From NCBI RefSeq assembly GCF_000143415.4, contig NW_003314263.1, forward strand, positions 2,792,041 to 2,856,040: DNA of 64,000 nucleotides, read 5' to 3'. Source of the stretch: Selaginella moellendorffii. Lineage: Eukaryota > Plantae > Lycopodiophyta. A model generated the notes under the pieces. It saw only the letters and a list, made by a program, of their open reading frames with translations, was not told the DNA's origin and did not search any database. The translations under genes and the position numbers were made by a program. Shown here one piece after another: positions 48,572 through 62,230 of the stretch (the first letter of the stretch is position 1; the number at the start of each line of letters is the position of its first letter).

Positions 48572-50190
48572 TTACTTGCACATGTAACATTTTGTGAATA
48601 AGCCGACTTCCCCAGCTTGTCGGGAGTAGGCTACTATGCTGGCCCATAGTCCGAGTCCGCTCATCGCTGCCACCCAGATTATGATGCTCAGGTTAATGCT
48701 GAAGGTTGTTTTCCAACTCAACTTTGGTAAGGCAGGTTGGAGCGCCTGGAGTAAGAATGAGAATTTGTGCCGCAGGAAGTAGTCTTAACTTACACCAGAA
48801 TATCACAATGTAGGCAGTGCAAGGAATGATGTATATGCTCCAGGCTCCGAAAATGGCAGTAGCCGCGATCTGAAGGAACGGGAATGCAAGAGCGGCTAAC
48901 CAGATTGCTGGAAACATAGGTACTCTCAGCAAAGTTCTCCTTGTGAAGCTTGGTGAATCTTGGATTTTAAACAACTTCTCACAAAACAGGTAGAGTGGCG
49001 AGCTCAGAATCCCAAACAGGATGAACTGCAAACAACAGCTTGTGAGGTTCATATTGAGAAGGAAAACAATAAAAGCTTGCCTGGTGCAGAAGCAACAAAA
49101 CTATTGCAATGTCCCGAAACTTTGACTTCGGAAACAACATCAAAGCAGACGGATGTGACAACGTCTCAGCGCCAAAAAGCTCATAGACAGTCATGCTTGC
49201 TGGCATACTCACCATACAAACATAAATCATACCATAAAACCAGGGAGTTTTGAAGTCTTCCGGTTTCCACATTGCGTCTATGAGTTCTCTGGAAAACCGA
49301 AGTTTAAGAGTTAATAAAATAAAAATGACGATGAACCGCTTCAAAAATACTTACACAGGTTATTATCTCTGTTCCAACTGCCAAAAAATTGCTGAGAGCA
49401 CTAAAATATCCTGTATAGCCATGGGGAGCAAGAGCTTGAACATGTGAGACCTGCACGACAAAGATGATGATACTACTGAATGAGAATATAGAGACACTTG
49501 CCTTTCCATGGAATAGTGCTGCAACCCCCAGATAACATGAAGTATAAACAGTCGCAATGACTCCCAGAAAAGACCACGCTCTGTAGTTTTGAGCGGATGG
49601 CATATTAATGGACAGGGAGAAGAGTGCGCCAAATATCACAGTCCATGTTCTTTTCGGAAATTGATTATTTATTTCATATACAAAGCTGCCATATCATACT
49701 GCAAGTTATAAGCAGAATAAGGCAAAGACAAAAATAACTCAATAACACACACAACGAACAGAAACGGCACCATCAGGACATTGCCACACTTCACCATTTG
49801 CCTAGAAGCCCACCCAACACCTCATGCAGCTGCAAAGGAAGAAAACAAGTCAGCAATCTAGTAGTTCTAAGTAGAATCCACCTGAGTATTGCGCTTTCGG
49901 CTGTGTGCAAGTGGAAGGTTCTGCTTCTCTCGATATGTCAAGTAGAGAATGTTAATTATGTAGCCTCCCCACCAGCCCATCAGCAAGTGGAGCACCTGAA
50001 AGGCTATTGAGGAGGGCAGGCCTGCTTGTGCGTAAGAAAAGGGAATTGTGAGCAGAAATTGAGCAATCTGTAACAACATGAAAATAAATCGGATGATCTG
50101 AGTACTGGAGAATGACAAACCTTTGTGGAGCCAATGTTGAGCCAAGCGTCGAAGCTCGAGCCTCCATCCCATAAGGCTGTAATGAGATAC
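48572..50190 (-). pseudogene. Divergent AUX1/LAX-like permease, copy 4 (pseudogene)
   Basis: TGG>TGA and deletions in exon 3, loss of the exon 3 donor, a deletion at the end of exon 7, and a disrupted exon 1. Confidence 0.85.
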
Positions 50191-50230
50191 TCCACCTCCA
50201 AGTCTGTCTCCCTGCCTCTTAAGTCTAGTC

Positions 50231-50547
50231 CATACTTGCATCCGAACATTCGAACGCAACCGGATTCGAACGGGTATCGAACGTTTAATACCTGTTTAGC
50301 TTTTTTATCGAACGTTTAATACCTGTTTAGCTTTTTTTTTCTTTTCACTAGGTGACGAGCAAAGAAACGCGCACGCTCGCGGCCCTGGATCTAGCCACAT
50401 GTCGGCAGTACAAGAACCCTAATCCTAAGTAAAAGAAAGCATATTCTTTAAGGTTTTTTAAAAATATTCTTGGTGTTTAAACGCCGTATTATACGCGCGT
50501 TTTAAACGGCGTTTTTTATTAATCGTACCCGTTCGAATGCAAGTATG
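50231..50547. mobile_element. hAT-type MITE (317 bp)
   Basis: TIRs CATACTTGCAT(C/T)CGAAC. 8-bp TSD GTCTAGTC at 50223-50230 and 50548-50555. Confidence 0.9.
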
Positions 50548-51934
50548 GTCTAGTCACACAAGGGGAGTCATTCCCAGACTAGACTTCCGCAGAATTGTGC
50601 ATTCTTAGCAGTATAAGCTGCTTGCTGACACAGTGAATTTGTTCAGATAATAGGGAATGCACTTGACTGCTACACACTTTGAGTCTGTTTCATGTGTCAA
50701 AGTTAACAACTATTTTTTAAGAAAATATGTAGACATATAAGGACATGGTTTTACATAATCTAAAAGTGTATGTTTATTTTACAATTTGGTCATGTTTTTG
50801 GGAAATACTTGCAAAAGATTTTGTTTGAAACTTGAGATAGATATATTTTATTTTATTTTAAATTTAAATTTTGTGAAGTGTGTTAAAGGTTTAAATCAGA
50901 GTACATTTATAATATTGAATGTTTTAAAGGGCATTATTTAATGAAAAAATAAAATTTAGGTCTGATTACTTGATGAAGTTCAACTTAGATGTATCAAATT
51001 ACTCTACTTAGATTTCCCAATGATTGATCATATGTTAATTTTCACCTTGTTTATAAATAATGTTTTTAGTTTGGGTTTACTGTTAGCCTTAATTCTAGTT
51101 TGACCCGGATGTACTTACAACAAATAAATCTTGGTTAGAACCAAATAGTTATTAACTTTTTGATTTATGTATCTAGCACTAGAACTTCAATTAGCCCAAA
51201 CTTATATAAGCCAGATAACTAGTCATTGTTTTAAGACTATAACTACAAATACATAACTTATGGAATTGTTTGCAATGTTCTAGAATGGGGTCGTACTTCT
51301 TTAGGGCCAATCATTCTGGGCCATAATGAATATTCCATGGCTGTTGAATATTCTGTTTGTTTTTATTTTTTAAAATTGTTTTTGTATTAATATAAAAATA
51401 AAAAATAAAAAATAATTTATTGTTTTTATTGGTATTTAAATACGATTTAAAAAAAAAACCATTTCTGTTGAAATTTTTTATTATGTGCTTAAACAATTTT
51501 CACTATAGTTATATTATCTTTGATGTATTTCACTAATGAAGTCTATTTAACTATGTTTTTCTTTTTTCATTATGAATATAGAAATGTATATTGTATTCAA
51601 TCCATATTAATGTATTTTCATGTAGACTTACACTGTGTTCAATGCTATTTTGTTGATGCAATTTTGTTATCAATTAGGAAATGCAAGATTCCTTGTTTAT
51701 TGAATTTTGGAAACTGGAAAAATGAAAAACAAGGGAAACATGAAAAGAATTGAAAAAGCCAAGAGTTGTTGTCAAGTGAGAAGACATCCTAATTGGGATT
51801 ACTATCATTGGCAGGAATTCCAATGTCAATTCTTCATCCTCGCACTGAGAGTTGTGAACTTGAGCTAGAGGGGATTTGGCGTCCTGAATCCCCCCTTTAA
51901 ACTCACTATGGAGTCCCATGAAGGGAGCATAGTG

Positions 51935-52647
51935 CATAGTTACGAACATGAACACGGAACACGAACACGAGCCTCAGATTTCAGGAACCCGAACACGGAA
52001 CACGATCACGGCCCACGATGGCTCACAAATATTCTACTGAATATTCTAAGAATATGTTATTTAAAAATTATATTCTATTTCTTATTATATTATTATAGGA
52101 ATATGCTATATTTTATTATATTATTCTTAATATTTTTATTTGCACATAAACTACTTCACACTTTTAAACTACTCAAATATCCTGCATCTCATCGTCATCT
52201 TCAACCTCATGATCTTCGACCTCACGATCTTCGACATCATCTCCATCTCCATTTGCATGACCATAATTTGTGGCCATGCCCCCTGCTCTCAAGAACACTT
52301 ACCTCATCCCACCATCGCAAAGAAGGATGCTTTTGCAGTATGCTGGATTGCTGTGCCATGCTTGTTTGCCTTGGATTGCTGCTGCTGTGCCCTGAAATGG
52401 TGCGCCCTGGCTGGATTGTCGTGTGATGCCGTGCGCCCTAAAACCAGAATATTCCGCGCGAGAATATTCTGAACAGTGGTCCGTGTTACTAACACAGACC
52501 GTGATCCCGGCCGTGGTCGCCGGGATCACGGTCCGTGTTAGTAACACGGACCACTGTTCACGAACACGGCCGTGGGAACACGACCCATGGCCGTGTTCGT
52601 GAAACACGGTGAACACGGCCGGGATCCCGGCCGTGTTCGTAACTTTG
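51935..52647. mobile_element. Non-autonomous hAT element (713 bp)
   Basis: TIRs CA(T/A)AGTTACGAACA. 8-bp TSD GCATAGTG at 51927-51934 and 52648-52655. Subterminal AACACG(G) arrays and an internal palindrome with 42-bp arms. Confidence 0.9.
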
Positions 52648-52816
52648 GCATAGTGACTAAACCATCAAATGGTTTGGTCACTTTGCTCCCTTTGTGGAGG
52701 GCACAGCTAATTTCAGGGGGAATTCAGGATACTGAATGCCCCCCTGCTCAACACTTCAAGAAAAGTTGAGGGGGTGGGATTCGGGCTCCCAAATCCCCCC
52801 TTCCAAATTGACATGC

Positions 52817-52883
52817 TCCCCAGGAGGGGAGTGTACTGTCCAAAACACTTGATGGTTCGGACAGTACACCCCCCTCCTGGGGA
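52817..52883. repeat. GC-rich inverted repeat (~25-bp arms)
   Basis: tccccaggaggggagtgtactgtcc ... ggacagtacacccccctcctgggga. Confidence 0.75.
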
Positions 52884-55800
52884 TTCAAGAGGCCAAATTC
52901 CCCCTTAACATTTCTTTTAAGTGTTGAAAAATGTGGATTGTCTTTGCTAGACCTTCCTCAGAGCTAGATTCTTGGACAAAAGGGTGAACCTCCCAACAGC
53001 CGTTGCAATTCCTGCCAAGTGTGACTTGCCAGTTGCCAAGCCTCAAATGTGCTGGTAAGATCTTTCATGAATCCAGTTCCCTTATGGATTAAATCCAGAG
53101 CCAAGAGTTGCATTTTGATCATGTTTCATTCGTTTGTGTGTTCCTACAGGGATCCAAGTTCCACAGCACTAGATCAAGAACAAGCAAGGAGCATGCTGAG
53201 AGTTTGAGAGACTTCCATGCCGTACTACATAATGGTATCCATGTTCCATGTTTCCGTTACAAATAAACAATGCTGGTAGTATTATGTATTTGGGAGATTC
53301 CATATTTCTTGGGGAACTTGTGTTTGAGTTATGTTTCCTGGTAGAGTTCGGAGAGGAAGAGTGATGGGTTCGTAGATGAGGAGACATGAAATTGTTAGTC
53401 TGCTTTGGAAATGTGTAGAGACAGAGGGATTTGCTTGAAGGCAGGAATCTGCACAGGCATCTGCTGCGGCAAGGTTATGAAGCTGACAGGCTTGTGGGGA
53501 ATCTGCTCGTTCAAACGTATGGGGAATGCAAGAGCTTGGATGAGGTGTGTATGGCGTTTTTGGAGGTATGATATTCTACTTTTATTAGAAAAAGAAGATG
53601 ATTTTTATACTCCACTCCAAGCTTATCCCATATGAGCTTTGCAAAGCCTACAATAAATTAAAAATGAGTGTTTATTGTTTTAGGCATTCTAGTACCTGAA
53701 AGTGGTTGGAGTTTGTGTTGCTCTTTCTAAATGCTTGCTTCTTCTTTCTTTTGTGCAATGAATGTGCTAATTTCTCCAATTGAGTTAAATCCGTAAATGA
53801 ATTTTTGTGGGTGAACACCCAAGCAGCTCAACTTTCTACATGACTTGTCATTAGAAATATATCTCTTATAAGGAAATTGTAATGAATGAATTGAAATGAG
53901 AGAAGAAAAAATAGACCTTTCGTTGCTGGATTTAAACTTCTTTTGAACAACTTCATTATCTTTTAAGTCACCAAGTTTTCTTTTAACATTAGAAGTAAAG
54001 CTTGACCAAAATTGAGCATTTTTTTGCACTTGTATCACTTAGGTTTGTTGATGAAGCTTTAGCTTTACACACCATAGTTATTGGATTGGAGGGGTAAAAA
54101 AAAACTAACTTGCCACATCATTAAATTGTTGTGTTACCTAATAAGTGGTAATTTATTAAATTTAAGTTTTAATTAATTAATTTTTAGTGTTACAAAACTA
54201 ATTATAGTACTATAGCATATGATTATATTCTTTCATGTGTAAATATATTCTCTGTAAGCCTCATTTAGGGCATGTGTTTGTGTAACAAGAATTGCCCGTA
54301 AATGGATAAATGTTGCTAGTGGGCAACAAAGAAGTGAAAGATAAGATTTTTTACTAACCTCCATAACCTCCATGCTTTGCAATGTACTCCAAATTTACAG
54401 CTCTATTGTTTGATATCTATACTAAAGTCTTGCTAATTTGCATAACACTTCACTATTGTATGAAAAGACAAGTTAGAACTAATTCAAATTATTGTTCCCA
54501 TAACAACGTTTTTAGCTCTCACAATGAGGTTTGTTTTAAGCATAATTTTTTGCATTACTGTAATGTTGTTAAAAATAAACCTCTTAATACTAGGTTGGCA
54601 CACAAGGTGTAAAGACTAGAATCTTTACACTTTGCAATATTGTGATTTTTTGCAACAATTTTCAAAAGCAAGTTGAAAATGATAACAAAGGAGGTGCATT
54701 TTTTGTTTTTTCGCTTCTTCTAGAATATGTTGGTGAGAGATTTTGTGTTTTTCCTATTTTGCAGCTACCAATATACCCATTTCACAATCTATTATATGAT
54801 TAGCCTATCACTATATATATATTATGCAAGCTACTGCAACAAATAAAAAAAGGTGATTTTTTCATTTGGTTCACACAAGGGTGTCTTCAGGTCAATACAT
54901 TGGATATTGACAAAGCCATGGATGCTTTGTTATTTAGTTTATTAATTTAAGAATTAATAACTCAAAGTTGTTCAAAGTGTTGTGGTATTGCATTTTTCTT
55001 TTGTTGTAGCTAGCATCACTAAATTATCTACTTGTTTTTTCAGCATGACATGGTGAATTTCACATTTGCTTTAAATATTGACCAAACTCTTATTCAAGTT
55101 GTTATAATTGATGTGGTAATCAGAATAGTGGGTTGGATGATTGTTAGTGATTTTAAGTAATATATCACCAACTTTTTAGGTGTTTGTAGGTTTGCATTCA
55201 AATGTTTAGTTTATAATTTACTTAAATTTGAGACAAGATAATAATAGTTGAAATATTGATTTATAGGTTTTTAGGTTTCCTTTCAAAAAATTTCAAAAGT
55301 CTCTTGATTATGAAGAGAGATATTTTGTTTGTTTTTTAATTGTGTAAGAGAAAGTATATTATTAATTATTTTTCAAATTAAAATTAGGTGCTTGTAAAAG
55401 ATGATTAAGGTCAATTGTAAAAAGTAGAGATATATTACATTTGGTATGTTCAAATTGGAGAATTTTTTTTTCTTTTTCTTAAGGAATGGAGGAACATGTA
55501 CTCACAAACAATAAATAATTTACAATTATGCACTTATTGTGGAAAAGTTGAATATTGAAACAAATTTAATATTCTTTAAGGATGCTCATGGAGGTATAAG
55601 CCCATTCTCATTTAACTTTATTCACTTGACAAGCTATATACAAGAGGAATGTGGTATAGAATCATTATGTTGAGAGTGCAATTAATGTTAGAGAAAAGGT
55701 TCAAATTTTAGTTAGAATGTTGTTTTATATTCTAATGGATATATTGAACCACTAATTAAAGGTACTTTAAATTTAAAAAGAATATTTATTTAGTTATTAA

Positions 55801-56220
55801 TTATTAATTATTTTATTTTTATTTATTAATACAGGACCGCCCCTACAAACACAATTATTATCTTTAGTTGATTTATCTTTCCAAGTGAAAAAAAGGGCAA
55901 CTCCATAGCAAACGGTTGTTTAGAATAATATTTTATTTTTTATGATCCACTTATTTGTTGAAAGATATATTTGATACATATGTTGAAGAGATGTAAAATG
56001 ATGTCTTGGATTTATTATTGTTCAATATTGAGAACAACCCATATATATTAAAATATAAAATTATGTATAGGAGGCCACATAAAAAAAGAATAATAGCAAC
56101 GTTATCTTCAAATTGTGTGAAGGGTATGGTTGAGAGGTAAATTATTTTATTAATTATATATGTGTATTATATTTAATTTTTCTTGGTTGCAAGTCTACTA
56201 AGTAGAAACCTTTCCTAGAA

Positions 56221-56960
56221 ATGAATAGTATTAATGACTGTAATTCATTATCTCTTTTAGCAAATGAAAAACCTTATAATGAGAAATTATCTTTCAAAAA
56301 GAATGATATATATGCAATATTAGGCTTGAAGTTAATAGTTTATATTTTGAATCACAACAAAAATAATGATTTTCATGTATCTATTGATCGAAAAAATATC
56401 TTTTTAAGAGATGAGTTGACATTTGAGATGACTACTTTTCCATTTTTATTTCCTTATGGCTGGGGGCACTACACAAAATCAACTTCTTTGGTGAATTATA
56501 TCAAATATTATATCATATCTTTATAGTTTATTTACACCTTATACAAGCCTTATTTATTGATTATGTACCAGTTATGTAAAGCTTGTTAAGTTGTCAATAA
56601 TGTGAGTAGAACTTATCTTGACAAACATATGAAAAGGTTTAAGGCTGATCATTTAAAAAGTAATGATGAGGAGGTAATGAAACATATAATTAAATTTTGT
56701 GTTCCATACATATTGATAAAAAGTCTAGCTTGGTTTAGAAAACGCTTAAAAAATTTATATGCTTTGATTGATCTTGGAGTATATCATTGTTCTTTTGAAC
56801 ATTAACAATTGATGAAGTTTCAAAGACTAGGTGGAGTGAAATTGACAATATTAAGGTTGTAACAAAGTTATATAATGGAAATTTCAATTGGACCAATTGT
56901 CTATGTGACTACACTATTTTATTTCATATTTGCCTCAAGTTATTTATGCAAAAAGTATGT
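56221..56960 (+). mobile_element. Degenerate Helitron-like Rep coding relic
   Basis: FEMTTFPFLFPYGWGHY, then KSLAWFRKRLKNLYALID...LTIDEVSKTRWSEI, resembling the region before Helitron Rep motif 1. Many stops. Confidence 0.5.
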
Positions 56961-57666
56961 ACTTAGAGCACCTAAAATTCTTAATAGTTCCTTGGTATGA
57001 AAGCAAGTGACCCTCAAAATAATTTCATCAGTTGATCTTATGACAGTTCTTTGTGATCTTACCTTTGTGGTAGAGGTACTCACTTGGATCCCCTATCAAG
57101 CGCTTAAACATGATATCCCCTACTTAAGCTTTGTTTTACATGTTGTGGGGACTTGATTGGGCCTAGTATGACTGTGAATCTCCTAATATGGCTAAAAGAC
57201 AGTGAGATTTATCTTAAAAATGAGAAAAAACCATAGAAAAAATTATAAAACATGCAAAGAAAAATCATAAAATCTTCAATAATGACAACAAGTTAAAGTT
57301 GGAGATTGTTGAGAATGATTGAAGTAGGTTAATTTCAATTGCATACAACAAATAACTGATTAAGATCTCTTTGATTGATACACTAGACTATTGATTTTTT
57401 ATTTCTTGAATTTTCTATTTAGTAATTATCAAACTAATTTAGATACAAACCAACCTAACCCTTTGTATAACTTTGTTTAACTTGGTACATGATATTTGGT
57501 TTGGCTACAGGAGGTCCCTTTACACCAAACATTAACAACAAAGTGAAAGTAGTTATAGGTTTAGTGCTTTGAAAAATCACGCATCATTGTTTAATGGGAC
57601 AATGTTTGTGCTTTACTTATCAACTTGGAACTAATGGATTATTTATATTGAAAATAATTTCTTACC

Positions 57667-58290
57667 TGTCCCTTCGCTCCTTGGGCTATATGCTTCGTGG
57701 TTCAATTCCATCACTCCTTAGCTCCATACTTAAGAATTTGGCATCGTTCCTTCGTTCAGTGGCCCAAGGCCCTAAACCTTGGGTTCCACACCAATCCTAT
57801 GGACATGTGGCATGTGACACATGGTATAGGAGATGTGGCACATGGAGGTTTTAGGTTCCGCTTCGTGATGTTATCCTATGGTAAATCACAATAAGATAAA
57901 GGGTAAAAACCATATGCGCTACAATTGGTATTGGAGCAAATGGCACGAGTTCAATTCTCATTGATTAGTGGCTACTTAAAAATATAATATACCCTTGAAT
58001 AAGGTATATTCCTACCCCTAAATTTAAAATCATATGTATTAGACATCTATGCGTGCGTCCTTCTTCTTGGTGGAGCATCCATGGACGAAAGTATCCACTG
58101 TAGGACTATGGTACGGGTAGATGACTAGTTGCTTCATATGGAATAATTAATCTACACAATGGAAGGATTGGTAGATTCAGTGCGGAAATGGAAGTGCTGG
58201 TTCCCCTTGGCTAAGTAGAGGTTGTTCATCAATAGTCAATAAGGACATTAACATCTCTAAAGGGGGGGTGAGTGTAGCATATGTGATCAT
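57667..58290 (+). mobile_element. Relic mini LTR element of the same family as 18977-25968
   Basis: 57667-57923 matches the LTR 3' end (...gcgctaca). It is followed by a degenerate PBS tggtattggagc, ~330 bp of interior, then PPT agggggggtgag and tgtagcatatgtga (LTR-start-like). Confidence 0.65.
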
Positions 58291-59359
58291 ATGATGAGAT
58301 TTGAATATACTGTCATTATGGATCCTTAGAACCTCAAGGGATAAATAGGAATAAAATGGCCACTAAGGGCTCTTTCATCAAGCAATTGCCCCTTTTCTAG
58401 TTAGTTTAAGGGGAGAGAGATAAGGTGCACTACAAAAATTACAATAACTTGAGGATGATAGAAGGCTTTCACTAAGCGATGAGATTGTGTACACATGTGC
58501 ATGGTAAGTTTTGATTTTCTAAGTTTTCTATATTTAATTAATTTTATTTGTTGTTTTTAATTGTTTTTAATTGATTTTATTTGGCTAAACATCAACTATG
58601 AAGCCTTTTCTATTTTATATTGTAGTAGTTTTTGGTAGACAAAAATAGACACTTTGTATAACAAATGCAACAGAAAGAAAGGTAAATTCATTTTAACTTG
58701 CTCTAATTGTTAACAAATTTGGTATTTCTATACAAAAAACTTTTTGAAAGCATATAAACTAATTAAATATTGACTTGTTATGAGCAAAAACACATATTCA
58801 CTCATTGTGCCAATTTGTGCACTTTCTCACTAGAGTTCAGTACTTTGCTGGATTAAGTCAGATTTGTTTATATTCTTCACTTTAATTGTTTACCCAAGAC
58901 ACATGCAAAAGATAATTTAAAATGCTAGGTTAGGCATTAAAGGTAAAGTTCCACATTTGTGTGAACTAATAATGTTAGATTTTTTTTTTATTTGTGTGAA
59001 CTAATAATGTTAGAAAAATTTTATAACCAAAGATGAAGTATAAGTTGTGATTGAAGTTCAAGTTTGTGAATTTAAATTATGCTGATATAGAAGTCCTAAC
59101 TCAACAAAATGGACTTGATTGTAGTGTGTATATATTATTTTTTGCTGAAGAACTATTGAAACTTATTTTGAATGGATTGTAACATATTAATTTTTTGACA
59201 ATAAAGACTTAAAAAGTTTTTAGCTAGCTAGATTGATAGAGATGTATGGATTTAACATTTGACCAGTAACGACTAAAGAATGGTACAAAAATCCTTATGC
59301 CTTGGATATTTTATATGATATGAAATATGCAATATGTATATTTAAATAAAAATTTAATT

Positions 59360-59584
<225 letters not shown>

Positions 59585-60987
59585 CAACATTGATGCAATA
59601 TTTAAATTGCATATCTTTCAAGCTCAGAAAACTTACAACAACATATTTCATAAATAATGAAACACACTACATGATCAGCTAGTATATTTAGATGCCGATA
59701 AAATATATTCAACATACTTAAAATTCAATATATTTAAACATGTATAAATTACTCATAATGTATCTCTCTGAAACTTATTGAACATACAATAACATAATTC
59801 TTAGACATAAAAATACACTTGACACACCTGAAGTTATGAATTCTATGATAGACATAATATTTCATTGTTAAAATATGTAATCTTTAGAATTACATCAGCC
59901 TGAAAGACTTAAACTCTTGCTATGACAAAAGACATTTATAATAGTAGAAGCATTGGGAAAGGCTATTCACCAAGGCTTGATGGTAAATACTTTTATTCAA
60001 TGTTTCATTTACCATATATTTAATAAAAAGAATAAAGAAAATTTGAACAAGAATAGAGTAATTTATAAATAAGAAATCTAAAAATTTATAAATTTAAGAA
60101 TTTAGAATGTATGGTGATAACCCAAACTTTCATTTCAAACCTACTTTTCACTTTACTCATGTTGTTTGTGTTGATGTTACATATTGAGTGTTGTTGTAAA
60201 GCCAAAGCAAAAGTGTTGTCATTGCCTAGTTTATTTCAATGCAACAATACCTATTATTACATGGAAAATTCATTCTATTAACTAAATAAAAAGTACACAA
60301 ATTTGAAGGATGAAAAGATGTAATGGATGTCTTTAACTGTGCACAATATAGCTACACTATTGCATTGTTGTAATGGTAGCAATAGTGTGCACAACTAAAA
60401 CCAACCTTCATGCATACTTATATTTATATTTGTATTGTTGTTATTGTTGTTGCATATTAACTATTGTTGTGAAGCTAATGCAAGATTACTATTATTGCCA
60501 ATCCACTTAGGTTTGTTAATGTGGATGAAAATATTTTATTCAAAACTTGATTTTTTTTACAAACGTGCTAACTTGGTACATTTTCACTGCTATGACTTTG
60601 ACAATTGACACTTTGACTGCTAGCGCTCTAACTGCATTTTTGCTGCTAACTGGTAGCAAAATAAAAATATTTTCATGTTTAATTTAACATCAATATTTGT
60701 AATGTGATGAATATAATTTATTATATTTTTTAATACATGAACCCCAACTTGGTGTCTAAACATTTAAACATAACAAATATGCTAAGGAATCATGAATTTT
60801 GAAGTATTTTAAATTAGATTAAAAACCACTTATTCTTGAAGTTTAGAGTGAGACAAATCCAACAGTACCACTCTTGTGTCAAACAGACACCTGTGGTGAG
60901 AGTTATAGCTGTTTAAAGATTCTCTCTCTAAAAGGCTAGAGTTGTACACTAGCCCAAGACTTATTTTCTGGGGGGGGGGGCAGGGTT

Positions 60988-62230
60988 TGTGGTCGCATGT
61001 AAGTGATTATCATGGGGCGAAAGTCCCTTGGTTGGGAAGTGCACTCCTGGAGTACCCGAAGCCAATGAATCCAACAGCGAGTGAGTTGGAGATGGGTTGG
61101 GTTCCTCATCCTTGAGTTCTAGACTCATTCTAGAGCTGCCGGGTCATAGAGTGGCAATCAAGAAGCCACACACATGGATTGAGAAACACGTTATGGAGGG
61201 GATGAGACCTATGCTCATCCCCTTGGGGCTTGGATTGGAATACAAGGGAGGGTTCCAAGCCTCGAATGACAAGTCTAGAAGCTGGACTTGTGTAAGTTGT
61301 TGAGGACTCGAACACAGAGAGCCATAGCTGGACTTGTGTAAGTTGTTGAGACTCAAACACAGACTCAGGCCCGAAATGAGGAATATGAATCGAATGGGAG
61401 ACGGATATGGACGAATGGACTTAGCCTTCTCATGTGGGCTAATGGAGCTCTAGACCAAGACATATTGTGGGACCAATGTAAGCATGGTGGGACTTAGTGA
61501 CCGAACAGGTTAGTGTAACAACCTGTAGAGAGGGGAAGTGCACTCGAACATGTCAAATGATCGGATGGAGGGACATTAGTCTGGGGACTTAGTCCTGGTG
61601 TGAGTTCAAGCTCGTGGGTGGCTAGAGGGCCCCTCTCATGACCTGAGGTTGCAAACCAAAGTATATGGACTTCGTGTCTAGATAAGTCCCGTAGTGGACT
61701 GTCTTGGACCTCGAGGGCTTGTCTTTGGAGAAGTGACCTCCTTGATCCTTTGGGGGCCCCCTATAGGTGCCACATTTGGACCCGTTAAGTATCAGTATCA
61801 TCAACATGACCCATATGGACCCGATAGGACTTGGTGAGGCACGGGTGAACCCAATGTGACCTGTTTGGTCTGGTATGACCCAGTCAAGTAGAGAAAGTGA
61901 CCCGACATGGTTAAGTAGGAACAGAGACCAATTGAGGGAGTTCGGTTAGGTATGAGAGACCCAGAAATGCATCTAAGGAATTCTTAGATGTCCTTTAGGC
62001 TAAGGATGGGACTTGATGCTCGGATGGAGCCATGAAGTCACAAACATGACTAAGTCGCATTGAATGAAACTTTCACTATATATAGGGCCTGATTGCCGAC
62101 TCTTTTTCAACAGCTTCCAGCATTCCTCTTAGGAGGCCAAGCTGGCTGGATGGAGAAATGGGCTTAGGGGTGGGGGTAGCACCAAATAGGTTATCCGACC
62201 TCAGAGTCTGTTTCATGTGGTATCAGAGCC
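60988..62230 (+). mobile_element. LTR retrotransposon remnant (LTR end plus PBS)
   Basis: ...TGTTTCA at 62215, then PBS TGGTATCAGAGCC (62218-62230). TATA-like ctatatatag at ~62076. The LTR start is uncertain (TGTAACA at 61514, or ~60988 after a poly-G tract). ~45-bp tandem repeat at 61280-61362. Confidence 0.55.

Noticed and set aside
51940-52645. AACACGG repeat arrays as a CRISPR-like array
   Set aside because: No constant repeat-spacer period. They are subterminal repeats inside a TIR/TSD-bounded hAT element.
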